From Tubulanus polymorphus (lineage: Eukaryota; Animalia; Nemertea): a stretch of DNA of 64,000 bases. This document shows positions 1 to 10,634 of this stretch, in pieces. The position numbers were made by a program, and so were the translations under genes. Below the pieces are notes generated by a model, which was not told the origin of the DNA, ran no database searches, and saw only the letters and a program-made list of their open reading frames with translations. Within the stretch, counting starts at the first letter, position 1. Every line of letters begins with the position of its first letter. The stretch spans positions 16,278,150 through 16,342,149 of the forward strand of contig NC_134026.1 of the NCBI RefSeq assembly GCF_964204645.1, read 5' to 3'.

Positions 1-31
1 TGGATTTTATCTAGTAAAATTAAAAGAATAA

Positions 32-627
32 ATGAATAAAGATTTATTTATATTTGAACCGCATAATATGTTAGTTACTGGGGTAACAAACTGTGGTAAA
101 ACACATTTCATATTAGACTTGTTAGAAACTATTTATAAGAATCATTTTGATAATATAGTAGCATTTTGTCCTACATATGAAATGAATAAAACATATAATA
201 GAGATATAGTTAAGATAAAAAAGTTTATTATATTAGATCCTAAAACAGTAAAAGAAAATTTAGATAATTGTATAAAAATAGCAATTGATACTTATAAAGG
301 ATCAAATACACTATTCATTATAGATGATTGTGCAAATTTACATGATTCAAGTTATGTTATTTAGCTTTTTCTGGGAGACATTTTGGGATAACAACATGGG
401 TTTTAAATCAAAAATATAATTCAATTGTTAAAGACTTTAGGGAGAATATAAGATTTCTAGTTTTATTCTACAATAAAGATAGAAAATCTATGCAACAATC
501 ATTGGAAGAAAATCAAATTATACCTACTGAATTACATGATGAATATATGAATAAATTAAAGAATAATAAAGGTTCAAAATTATTACTGAGGCTTCAATTT
601 CCCTATGAATATAAATTTATAAAATAA
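32..627 (+). pseudogene. A32/FtsK-like packaging ATPase, frameshifted
   Basis: Walker A GVTNCGKT and Walker B FIIDD. Lacks the 16 nt AAAGTGAGAGAAAGTG present in the 45812-46423 copy (near 349). The remainder matches to the TAA at 625-627. Bases 1-31 are the integrase end WILSSKIKE*. Confidence 0.9.
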
Positions 628-634
628 CTATTTA

Positions 635-745
635 TATACCTATGTATTAGATACCCTATTAGATACCCTAATACCTGATGCCCTATTAAATACCCTAATA
701 CCTACCTATGTATTAGATACCCTATTAGATACCTTAAATCCTTAA
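635..745. repeat. Short degenerate tandem repeats (ATACCCTATTAG-like) between convergent genes
   Basis: Repeated atacctatgtattagataccctattagatacc visible directly. Confidence 0.7.
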
Positions 746-804
746 AACCCCCTTTTTTATTTACTATTATTTTATACAATTTTCAACCAATATTATTATT
801 TGTG

Positions 805-1662
805 TTAAATATAATTAATATCTGAATCACTTTCATCATCACTCTCTAATTCATAATCAGGCGCTAACAATTTGTTCAAACTCTCTACCGAATCTTCATA
901 AATAATTGGTTTATTTTTATTCTTATTCTTCCTCCTTTCTAGCATATCATCAATAGTTACTACTTTATCTTTCGTAAAAAATGTATCCACATTATCTTTA
1001 ATATCAATATGCTTATCTGTAACTATATTTTCATTATCATCTTTCTTAGTGTTTGCTGCTAATATTTCATTTACAATGTTTGATCCTAATATTTTATAAT
1101 CATTTGTTAAATCTAATTCCTCTTTATTAGGTGTTGCTAATAATAAATCTTCATATAATTCTTTACCATTTACTTTTTTATTTGAAACAAACTTTGTTAC
1201 ATATCTAAATGGCTGTTCTATAAATTCTCTTAAACCAACCCGTTCTATAACATTAGTAATATGTACCTTTGTATTCATATGTTTATTCCAATTTGATGGA
1301 TCGTTTGAAAATTCACCTTTACAATAATCACAATAATTTCTATTTTCACTAATATTTAATATTATTTCATTATTTGATGTAGAAGGTATTACATTATTAG
1401 ATGTAGAAGGTATTACATTATTAGATGTAGAAGGTATTACATTATTAGATGTAGAAGGTATTACATTATTATCAATTACATTACTTAAATTATCAACAAC
1501 ACCACTTTTATTATTATCGATTTCTATTAGTTTAGTTTTATAAATTTTGAAAATAGGATCAAATATCAAAGCTATATTACAAGGTATTACATAATATAAA
1601 CCATCATTATTTTCATGTGTATTGATGTATGGAATATGTTTATATACTTTACCTCCTTCCAT
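805..1662 (-). CDS. Polinton accessory protein with C2H2-like zinc finger and 4x NNVIPSTS repeats
   Basis: Open 285-aa ORF with motif CDYC-x12-H-x5-H, a 24-bp tandem repeat at about 1376-1471 and an acidic C-terminus. Confidence 0.7.
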   Translation of the reverse strand: MEGGKVYKHIPYINTHENNDGLYYVIPCNIALIFDPIFKIYKTKLIEIDNNKSGVVDNLSNVIDNNVIPSTSNNVIPSTSNNVIPSTSNNVIPSTSNNEIILNISENRNYCDYCKGEFSNDPSNWNKHMNTKVHITNVIERVGLREFIEQPFRYVTKFVSNKKVNGKELYEDLLLATPNKEELDLTNDYKILGSNIVNEILAANTKKDDNENIVTDKHIDIKDNVDTFFTKDKVVTIDDMLERRKNKNKNKPIIYEDSVESLNKLLAPDYELESDDESDSDINYI

Positions 1663-1694
1663 TTATTATATAAATTTTTATTAAAGCTAAAATT

Positions 1695-2942
1695 CTAATA
1701 CATAACACTATTTAATTGAGAATTTACAATATTTAATTGCGCGTCAGATATAATGTAAATGTGCATTTTGAAATTTTTGATTCCTTTATTCTTTGTCATG
1801 AATAATTGTATTCCATCTTTAGTGTTCTGGAGTTTTTTTCCAGAACATTGTAATGAATTATCCTCTGTTGTTCTAAAATCTAACCATAATGCATATTTAT
1901 TACCGGTATAATAATCAATTTGATTAATATTACAATTTTCAGATGATTTTACTTTTTCATTCATAAAATGTTTTCTAATTTCTGGCCATTGATCTATCAT
2001 TCTCATTCCTTGACAAAATATTTTATTTGCTATTCCTTCGATAGTTATTTCTACTTTTGTTATTTCAGGATTATAATAATTATCAACATTTATTGCACCA
2101 TTAGTATATGTTGCAATGGTAAAAAATATTAATATACCTTCAATAGATCTTCTTGGGAAGTTAATATTCTCATTAATAATTTCATCACTTGCATTAATAG
2201 TTACAGTTTTAAATTTATCAATATAATCATATAATAATGAAAATCCTTGATTGTATTGAGTTTGAATTGTGTTAGCAATATTTTCATCAGTTACTGTATC
2301 ATATTCTAAACATATATTCGATAATTCATAACCCATATCTTTATTAACGCTAGATATTACAATTTCATTGACAGGAGCAAATGTTATTTCGAATATAACG
2401 TCTTCTTGAATTGCGTATTCATATAAAGGTGCATTATTATTTATCAATTCAAAGTCTAATGGAATTTTATATTTGCTTCCATATTTACTTTTAATCAATT
2501 TATCTATAGCATTAGTTAATATTGCATTATGCGCTTCTGATCTTAATTTATTTTGGTTTTCTGATTGGATTACTTGAAATATCATATTATTTCTATTTTC
2601 TTTAGTTAACCATAAATCTTTATAATGCATAAATAAATTATAATCATCTAATGAGAAAACTGTTTCTGGGCCAATCTTTATTGTTAATTCTTTAATCAAA
2701 TATCTTCCAACATTATCAACAACATAATTATTATTATTACCGATTACTTTTATATCGGCTGATAAATAAATACTGTTTGGAACATAAAAAGTTTTTTGTG
2801 TTAATCGAGGAATTCTAACATATAAAGTTTCATCAGGATTAATATTAGAAGGGTTATGAGTAATTATATGATGTGATCTTTCTGCTTTAATAGCATTAGA
2901 TATTCTAGGATTCTTAGAAGGATTGATATAACTCCCACTCAT
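1695..2942 (-). CDS. Major capsid protein (double jelly-roll/hexon-like) of Polinton
   Basis: Intact 415-aa ORF. N-terminal HNPSNINPDETLYVRIPRL and C-terminal ALWLDFRT...HIYIISDAQLNI resemble animal Polinton MCPs, and it sits in a structural gene block. Confidence 0.8.
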   Translation of the reverse strand: MSGSYINPSKNPRISNAIKAERSHHIITHNPSNINPDETLYVRIPRLTQKTFYVPNSIYLSADIKVIGNNNNYVVDNVGRYLIKELTIKIGPETVFSLDDYNLFMHYKDLWLTKENRNNMIFQVIQSENQNKLRSEAHNAILTNAIDKLIKSKYGSKYKIPLDFELINNNAPLYEYAIQEDVIFEITFAPVNEIVISSVNKDMGYELSNICLEYDTVTDENIANTIQTQYNQGFSLLYDYIDKFKTVTINASDEIINENINFPRRSIEGILIFFTIATYTNGAINVDNYYNPEITKVEITIEGIANKIFCQGMRMIDQWPEIRKHFMNEKVKSSENCNINQIDYYTGNKYALWLDFRTTEDNSLQCSGKKLQNTKDGIQLFMTKNKGIKNFKMHIYIISDAQLNIVNSQLNSVMY

Positions 2943-2963
2943 TTATTTAACATAAAAAAATAA

Positions 2964-3326
2964 TTATTTATTTTTTATCATGTTTACTAACCCAAAAATA
3001 ATAGCAACTGTAATTAGAAATAAAATTATATGTTCGGCAGCGAAGTTAATAATGTTTCCTGCAGATTTCAATATAAAACCAACAATTGATGCAATAACTC
3101 CAGGTGAAGCTGCAGCAGATTTTTTAGATAGTTCCCATAAATATTTTGCTAATTTCTTTAAACCATCTTTAAATTTATCTTGTATAGAATTATTATTATC
3201 TGGGGGTTTATCTGGTTTATTGGGAGTAGGTGTAGATTTTAATGAATTTGATATTGCTAAACCAATTGTTGTGAATAACATAGTTACAGCTGTTAGAATT
3301 GAAAGAATTGAAATAAACCCAACCAT
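2964..3326 (-). pseudogene. C-terminal part of a membrane-type Polinton protein (two hydrophobic segments plus amphipathic helix)
   Basis: SILTAVTMLFTTIGLAI ... LKKLAKYLWELSKKSAAASPGVIASIVGFILK ... EHIILFLITVAIIFGL. Its 5' end overlaps the neighbouring ORF out of frame, suggesting a deletion junction. Confidence 0.6.
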
Positions 3327-3981
3327 TATTGTTTTGTTGTTGTATATTATTATAATATTTTGGTAATTCATTCCAATTTAGTGTTCTTATATCTGAATTT
3401 GTCATTATTTTTCCAAATTCTTTAGTATATAATATTCCTAATCCACCCATTGTACCAATTTTTGCTCTAAAATCTTTATTCGAATTAATATTAAATTCAT
3501 TACATATTTTAGAAAACTTAGAAAAATTAATATTATTATTCGATTCTTTAAAAAATTTTGAACCTGGTAAAGGACATTCTAATTCATCTAATATTAATTT
3601 TATTTGAAAATAAGTATGAAATCTAAAAAGTGATAACATCAATGGTAAACTTGGTTTGTTTAAATGATCATTCCAACTAATTCCACATCCTGTTGTTGCG
3701 CAATAAACAGCAAAATTTAATTGGTTCTGCCAATACTTCAAATTAGATTTTAATAACCATTGTTTTGCCTCATTTAAATTTTTGAAATTAATTGTATACA
3801 CATGAAATATATTTTCCATCTTTACATGAAAATTATTACTTTCAGTAACATAAATATATAAATCAATTAATGAATTTAAAACTTCATTTCTATATGTAAT
3901 ATCTTTATTAAAATCTATTGCTGGAATATTATATTTAATTGATTTATTATATTGGAAAGCTTTTGGAAAATTATCTACCAT
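3217..3981 (-). pseudogene. Conserved uncharacterised Polinton protein, probably 3'-truncated
   Basis: Motifs WQNQLNFAVYCATTGCGIS and FRFHTYFQIKLIL. After GWVYF (about 3310) it runs out of frame into the next gene. Confidence 0.6.
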
Positions 3982-3999
3982 TTATATAGTTAAAAAATT

Positions 4000-4424
4000 A
4001 ATAATTTATTAATTCTTTTAATAATTTATCTTGTTCTTCAACTGTTATATGACCATTTAAACTTATTATATAATCTAGTGTATTCTTTAATTTATTAATT
4101 TCTTTTATATTAGTTTTAATTTTTTCTTTATTACTTTTTATATTTAATTTTGAACTTATACCAGTTAAAACACGTGAACTTAATCCTTATACACCAATTG
4201 ATATAGCTAAAGGTGTTAATGGGCTGAATATTGCTAGAAATGTCATTACAGAACTAATTGTAACCGAACCACTAATAATAAGATAATATATAATTTTACT
4301 TTTTAAATATTTTTTTCTTTTTAATTTTTAATTCACTTTCAAATTCTAATATTTGTTTTTCTAAATATATTTTTAATTTAGTTTTATTTATATCATGAGG
4401 AATAATATCAATATTATCATCCAT
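4000..4424 (-). pseudogene. Small coiled-coil/two-TM Polinton protein with an internal stop
   Basis: Manual translation from TAAATG at 4424: MDDNIDIIPHD...IIYIILLISGSVTISSVMTFLAIFSPLTPLAISIGV*GLSSRVLTGISSK; 3' end approximate. Confidence 0.55.
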
Positions 4425-4445
4425 TTATTTAGCAAAAAAAAATTA

Positions 4446-4869
4446 CTAATTAGTAAACTTATAAGCAACAAATATAACAATAACAGTTCCACCTAAAATC
4501 CATATTATTTCATATTTCTTCTGTTCATTACTTGGGGTATAATAATCTGTTAATTTAGGTTTGTATAGATGTAATTTTTCTTTATTGGTTACCGCGTTAT
4601 ATAAACTCATTGCATCATCAACTGATTGAAAATCTCTATGTGAAATCTTCTGATCATATAATTCCTTGTTAATAGAATCCATATAGTTTTGTCTCTTTTC
4701 ACTATATTCTTCTGCTGCTTTATTGTATTTCTCTAATGCTAAGTTATGTCTTTTTTTGTTCTGTTAATGATCCATTTTTATCAATATGTTTAAATAAATA
4801 TCCAACACCAGTAAATGCTAAAGCGTTAACAATTGCCGATCCTATAATAGTTATAACTGCAGAAGCCAT
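4446..4869 (-). pseudogene. Small membrane-anchored coiled-coil Polinton protein, +1 frameshift
   Basis: MASAVITIIGSAIVNALAFTGVGYLF... joins ORF 4446-4682 if one base is removed from the T7 run at 4751-4757; C-terminal TM IIWILGGTVIVIFVAY. Confidence 0.7.
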
Positions 4870-4893
4870 TTATTTAGTAAAATAATTATGTAT

Positions 4894-5115
4894 TTATATG
4901 GGAGGAATATATTTTTGTTTTTCTAAATAATCAATAGTTAAATTAGATAAAGTAACTGTTAATGTTAATTTTAAGATATCATTTATATCAAATCTATCAA
5001 CATTAACACTTCCCATTTTGAATACTTTTTTTAATTCCATTGAATAACCAACAGTTCCAACTGATAGTAATGCTCCATTATATAATCCAGTTATTATCCA
5101 CTTATTATCACTCAT
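4894..5115 (-). CDS. Small hydrophobic Polinton protein (73 aa)
   Basis: Open ORF, TAAATG start abutting the upstream stop, C-terminal DYLEKQKYIP. Confidence 0.65.
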   Translation of the reverse strand: MSDNKWIITGLYNGALLSVGTVGYSMELKKVFKMGSVNVDRFDINDILKLTLTVTLSNLTIDYLEKQKYIPPI

Positions 5116-5472
5116 TTATTCATAAAAAAAATTACTATCTTCAAAATATTTAGTTAACTTATTTATGATTAATTCAACATTTATTTCATTACTAGTTTCA
5201 TTTGTATATATTTCAATTATTATTTTTTTAATATCATAGATGATAAAATCTTCATCTAATTCATAAAATCTTAAAGATTCTCTATTTAATTTAGTAATCT
5301 TTTCTACATTTAAAGTTTCTTTATCTATTGTTGTTTCATACTCAAATGTTGTTTCATTAGAAAATGCAATATTTTTGTTATGTGTAATTACATCATTAAT
5401 GTTAAATTTCATTTCTTTCTCATGTTTAAAATCAAACCCAAAACATATACTCGGCCCAACAGTTATATTCAT
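5116..5472 (-). CDS. Hypothetical Polinton protein (118 aa)
   Basis: Open ORF tightly packed in the operon-like block, with T-run + TATAAAATG leader. Confidence 0.55.
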   Translation of the reverse strand: MNITVGPSICFGFDFKHEKEMKFNINDVITHNKNIAFSNETTFEYETTIDKETLNVEKITKLNRESLRFYELDEDFIIYDIKKIIIEIYTNETSNEINVELIINKLTKYFEDSNFFYE

Positions 5473-5479
5473 TTATATA

Positions 5480-6247
5480 GTGAAAAAATTACTCTACATC
5501 TTATAACTAATTCATATATCACAGGAAAGTTATTTAAATCAATTAAATATCCATTGTGATTTCTTACTTCTAACTTAAAATTGTTAAATTGAGGAATATA
5601 AGGTTTAAAATCACATTCAGCTAAATTATAATTTATTTGCGTTCCAAATTGTTTAACATTTTTTATTGGTAAAATATTTAATATACTAGAATTACAAATT
5701 GTATCTTTAGTTGCTTCAAATGTTTTTGTAGGATCAATTAAATTGCAATAAATATAAAAGTGCGTAAAAAGTCATTAAATTTGAATTACCATCTACGTTT
5801 CCTGTAACAGTATCTGGTACAATTCCTAACAGTTTAGCTATAGGTTTTTTTTACCATTAATGCATGTTGACTTTCATCATGTAACTTTATTTTAAATTTA
5901 TTTGTGCTATCACTTTTATTAAATTTAATTAAAAATTCATCATCTTTTCTAATTTTCAACCGTGCTCTTCGATTAATTTCTTGGGCAAATGTTTCTAAAT
6001 TATATAATCCTGGTTTTAGAATTAGATAAAACCATTTATTTACATTTCTAATATGAATTTAAAAAGTATTATCTTCAATAGTTTTATTCGTTATATTATA
6101 AAAAGAATTACATAAACTTATATTAACTAATTTTAAATCAACACAATTCTTGAATTCTCTATCTAATTGTACTAGTAAATTATGAGATTTATCATTTGTA
6201 AGTTTTGTAGAATCAACAAATATTCTGTATTCTTTTAATTCTACCAT
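5480..6247 (-). pseudogene. Minor capsid (penton-like, single jelly-roll) protein, frameshifted
   Basis: Pieces NSFYNIT, KPGLYN, IAKLLG, FYIYCNLID, ILNILPI and C-terminal KLEVRNHNGYLIDLNNFPVIYELVI follow the Polinton mCP pattern. Confidence 0.7.
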
Positions 6248-6264
6248 TTATTTTACATATTTTC

Positions 6265-6618
6265 TTATTCGAAATCTATTTCATGGTGCCCCTTTTCATT
6301 CTTACCCTTATATATGAAATAGAAATCTCCAGAACATAATTCTTCTAAATCTTCACTTGATAATCTATGAAATCTATCTGGTAAATATGTTCTGAATTTA
6401 TATGTATTTCCTTTTAATCCTTCATATTCTAAGTGTATAACTAATTTATCTCCATATTTGTTAGTAACTGTATCAATATTTGTAATTAGATATTTCTTAT
6501 GGATTATTAATTCTTTTAACTTCTTTAATTTATAATCTACTGATTTGACATTTGAAGTATCTTTTATTCTATCTAAAAATAATTTGTTGTTCACACTGTG
6601 TGCTTGTTTACTCTCCAT
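6265..6618 (-). CDS. Small Polinton protein, possibly an OB-fold ssDNA-binding protein
   Basis: Open 117-aa ORF directly downstream of pPolB, beta-rich pattern TNKYGDKLVIHL...TYLPDRF; second copy at 46554-46869. SSB function is inference. Confidence 0.5.
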   Translation of the reverse strand: MESKQAHSVNNKLFLDRIKDTSNVKSVDYKLKKLKELIIHKKYLITNIDTVTNKYGDKLVIHLEYEGLKGNTYKFRTYLPDRFHRLSSEDLEELCSGDFYFIYKGKNEKGHHEIDFE

Positions 6619-6647
6619 TTATGATACATATTTTTATTAAAATTTGA

Positions 6648-9600
6648 TTAACACGTTAGAATTCTTTTCATAATCTCATTTTGTTTTGTTTCTTCTCTTT
6701 TAAATTTTAAGTATTCATCTAAATTGCAGCCATAAGCAACTGTATGAATTCCATTATCTAAAATATATCTTATATCATCAAATGGGTTTAGACTTATCTT
6801 CTCTATCTATTCAATAAACATTTCATGATCTTCAGATCTTAAACATCTCATCTTATGTTTTCTAACTTCTTCATTGAATATACAATTATTGAAATGAATA
6901 TTCTTTTCTACTACACTTTTGGTTATTCTTTTTAACTTTTTAGCTTCATGTTCTTTAGTTTTATATGAATACATTTTAGATCTAATTCCTATGAACTCTA
7001 TCATTTCTTCGCCACCTAATTCATCTTTGAATTTACCAGGAACTTTTTTATTATCATTGCTAAACAATTCATGATTTTTAGGATAATTACTGAAATCAAA
7101 ATGATGTTTTAATGTTTTTAAATCATCAGTTATGTTATTAGTTTTTATCTTTAATATGTAAGAATCTGTATCAAAATATAATATTTCTATATGTTTTTCT
7201 CCAAAAAGTGGTTGTAATACATTATAATAGAATTCATACATTAGTAATTTTGATATTTCTAAAACTGAAGCACCAACATAGATTGGTTTATTAGATTTCA
7301 TAGAAGTTCTTCTCATTTTAACTGCAGCTAAATTTTCATCAAATATTCTGTTGAAAACTTAGGATATGTTTGTAAATGCCTTATCCTTTTGCCATTACTT
7401 ACTAACTCAATATCATTTCTATTTCTAATATTTTCACAAGTCTTACCATAGAATGCATTATTCATTAACTTGAAGAAATTTTTCTCGAAATCAGTTTTAG
7501 CTTCAGTTCTCTATTTGGTGTTAAAATCTATATATTTTTCTAACCACTTAGATTGACTAAATGAAATATATCTATGTACTTTTTTTAGGATCATTCCTTG
7601 TTTTAGATAAAACTTTAACATTCTATAATGTACTACATAATTATATTTATCTTCTTGAGTAACCATTAACTTTTCTGTATGAATATGATTTTCAGGTTTA
7701 ATAATTCTTCATGAGTAACAGTTTTATGTTCGGGGGAGTATGCTAGATTTCTAGATTTAAATTTAATATGTTCAGGATATTCTAAATCTACAACAAAGAA
7801 GTAACCAGTATCTGAATCATCTGCAATATCTAGGATTCTTTTTTTCCAATCAAATTTATCATTATTTTCATGTTGTAAACTTCACTTATTTCAAATACTC
7901 CATAAGGTTGTGGTTCCATCATTGCCCAACCATACAAATTATTTGCATCTATATATAATAACTTATATCCAGGGTTATCATTTACATTGAAATATCTATC
8001 ACCTAATACACCTGAAACTCCTCCTCTTATAGATTTTTCAAATAATAATAATTGATCTATATTTGTTAACAAATCCATTTTTATATCTGTAAATTTTAAT
8101 CCACAATCCCATGTTAAACCTGGACTAGAATAACAAGGATCAATATTGAAATACTCTAGGTTTACATCTCTAAACCTTTCGAATATATCAGTTAATAATA
8201 ATACATCTGATTTTAAATATAAATCTACTAATTGTCCATGATTTTCTATTTTGAAATGATTCCAAATATTCAATGTTCTATTATATACTTCATCTTTAAC
8301 ATATTCATTTTTTAATTCATCATAAAATTGTTCTTTCAATTATTCAGTTATATTAAAATCATCATGTGATTTATAAAATGAATATGGAATTGCTCCTTTA
8401 TATCTCATTAATTGGAAATCATCATTATTTGGATAGTGTTGTTTTAATATCTTTAATTCATCATCAACTAATGATTTTGATAAGTTATCTAATGAACTAT
8501 TTAAAAATCTATATGAATCTATAAATCTTAGACATCCAAATTGGAAAGATATATAATTATCAGATGTTCTAGCTAACATTTTAAATTTATAAGTTGGTAT
8601 TTTTGGTAATCTTTCTATTTCATTATTGATTTCTTATATTTTATGGCATAGCTGTTTGATAAATAAATGTGCATCATATCCTGATAGATTATGAAATATA
8701 ACTGTTACAAAGTTAATTTTCTTAGCTTGTAAGTTACAATTCTCATGTGCAGCGCCTCTAAACTTTCCATTCAAATGATCATGGTCTCTTACTTTTTTAT
8801 CTCTAAAATTAAATATCTTTTCACAATAATAACATTTATCTGCAAACCCAAATGCTTCCTTATCTTCTTCTGTCATTATAATTTCTATATTTGTATTCAA
8901 TAATTTACTAAATCTTATTTCATATTCAATTAATAAGTCACAAAAATGATTGATAACATTTTCATTTCTGTAATGATAATATTCACTTTCAATTAGTTCT
9001 GGATAATCAGATTTAATATATAACCCGAAAGCAGCAGCTAATTGATGAATCTTTTTAATAGTATTTGTTTTTGGTGGTTCATCTGAAAAATCATTTTCAT
9101 TAGAATTTAATTTCTTTCTTTTATAGTATATTTCTTTTCTATCTTGATCAGTTAATTCTTTATTCAATGATTCAAAATCTCCATATATAACAAATGGAAC
9201 TTTATTTTTGTAATCATATTTTTTGAATTCTAATATTTTATCTTTTTCATTTGGTAAAACTAATTTACAATAATCATGATTTTCACATAATTGTTTATGA
9301 TTTAATAATGCACTTTCAGTTCTGAATTTATGTAAACATTTTCTACATAGATATATTTTATTATCAAAATCATTTTCTGATTTAAAAAATAAATCAATTC
9401 TTTTAATCCACATATAATGATTCTCATAATATAATTTATCTATAACATCGTTTGAATCATAATCGTTTGATAGATATAAAGGTTCTAATGTATAATGTTT
9501 TATATTGTTACCTTTTGTATTTGGCAATTTGATTAAATCAAATACATTTATTCTTAAATTATTATCTCTTTCTATTTTTGGGATATTTTTAATTCTAACA

Positions 9601-10634
9601 GGATAATTATCTATCTTATAATTATTTTCAAATGGTTTATAATGTGTTAATCTATAAGTATGTTTCTTATAATCTTCAACTGGGTGTAATTAACTAATTA
9701 TTGCCCATAGAAAACATTCATCATCTTCATTTTGTACATTTATAACAGCATTAGTTTTAAATGGTAATTTGATATAAATCGATGCTTCAATATCTGGTTC
9801 TTTATAATATGATAAATTATTTTCATCAATTGGTTTTGATTTAATTAACTTATTATATTTTGTGTTATAAACATGTAAAGTCATAAATATTATTTCATCA
9901 AATATTAAACCAGATCCTTCAAAATATTTCTCTTCTATTTTAGTTTTTACTTCATTATAACATTTATCTAATTTTTCATCTATATGTTGTTTAGATATAA
10001 TATGTTGTGAATGAGAATTTATATTATATATTGGTTTATCTTCAGATTTTATAAACTTAACTTTAGAAGATATACTTATTTTAGGATATTCAACATCAGT
10101 TATTATTTTTATAATATTTTTCATATTTTCTAAATGTTTTTTATTTTCTTCTAATGTTTTTCCTTTATGAAATTTAAACTCGATAGCTGCTGGACCAATA
10201 TCACTTTTAAATGCTTCGGTTATCTCTATATCTTTTTTATTATCTAATGAATTAATATAATTTCTTACATCTTCCATGTATGGTCTTTTATTGTTTAATG
10301 TATTTCTTATTCTTTTAGTTGTCTTATGTTTCTTATCATTGTCATTATCAAAATAATCTTCACCTAAAATATCATTATTCTTATTTTTAATATGGCTTTT
10401 AGATTTTAAATGTTCATTATAATATCTTTTATCACTGAATGATTGATTACACGTATCACATTTATATGTTTCTTTTTCATTCTTTAATTCATCTAATTTA
10501 GTTTCTAATATGTCATCTTTATATTCTAGTTTCAATTTATTCTCTAAATGTGTTTTAGTTTTATTGTGTCTTGCTTTTTGGGATTTATCTATATTGATTT
10601 TACATGTTGAACAGTAGTATTTATTTGCTTCCAT
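6648..10634 (-). pseudogene. Protein-primed DNA polymerase B with N-terminal zinc fingers and endonuclease VII-like motif; multiple stops and frameshifts
   Basis: Consecutive fragments carry [73 protein letters not shown] (about 7440-7470) and YFDTDS. Confidence 0.93.

Noticed and set aside
2980-3366. Plus-strand 128-aa ORF
   Set aside because: Antisense shadow of the membrane protein gene.
1-10634. Poxvirus early terminator TTTTTNT signals
   Set aside because: Too frequent by chance at this AT content to be informative.
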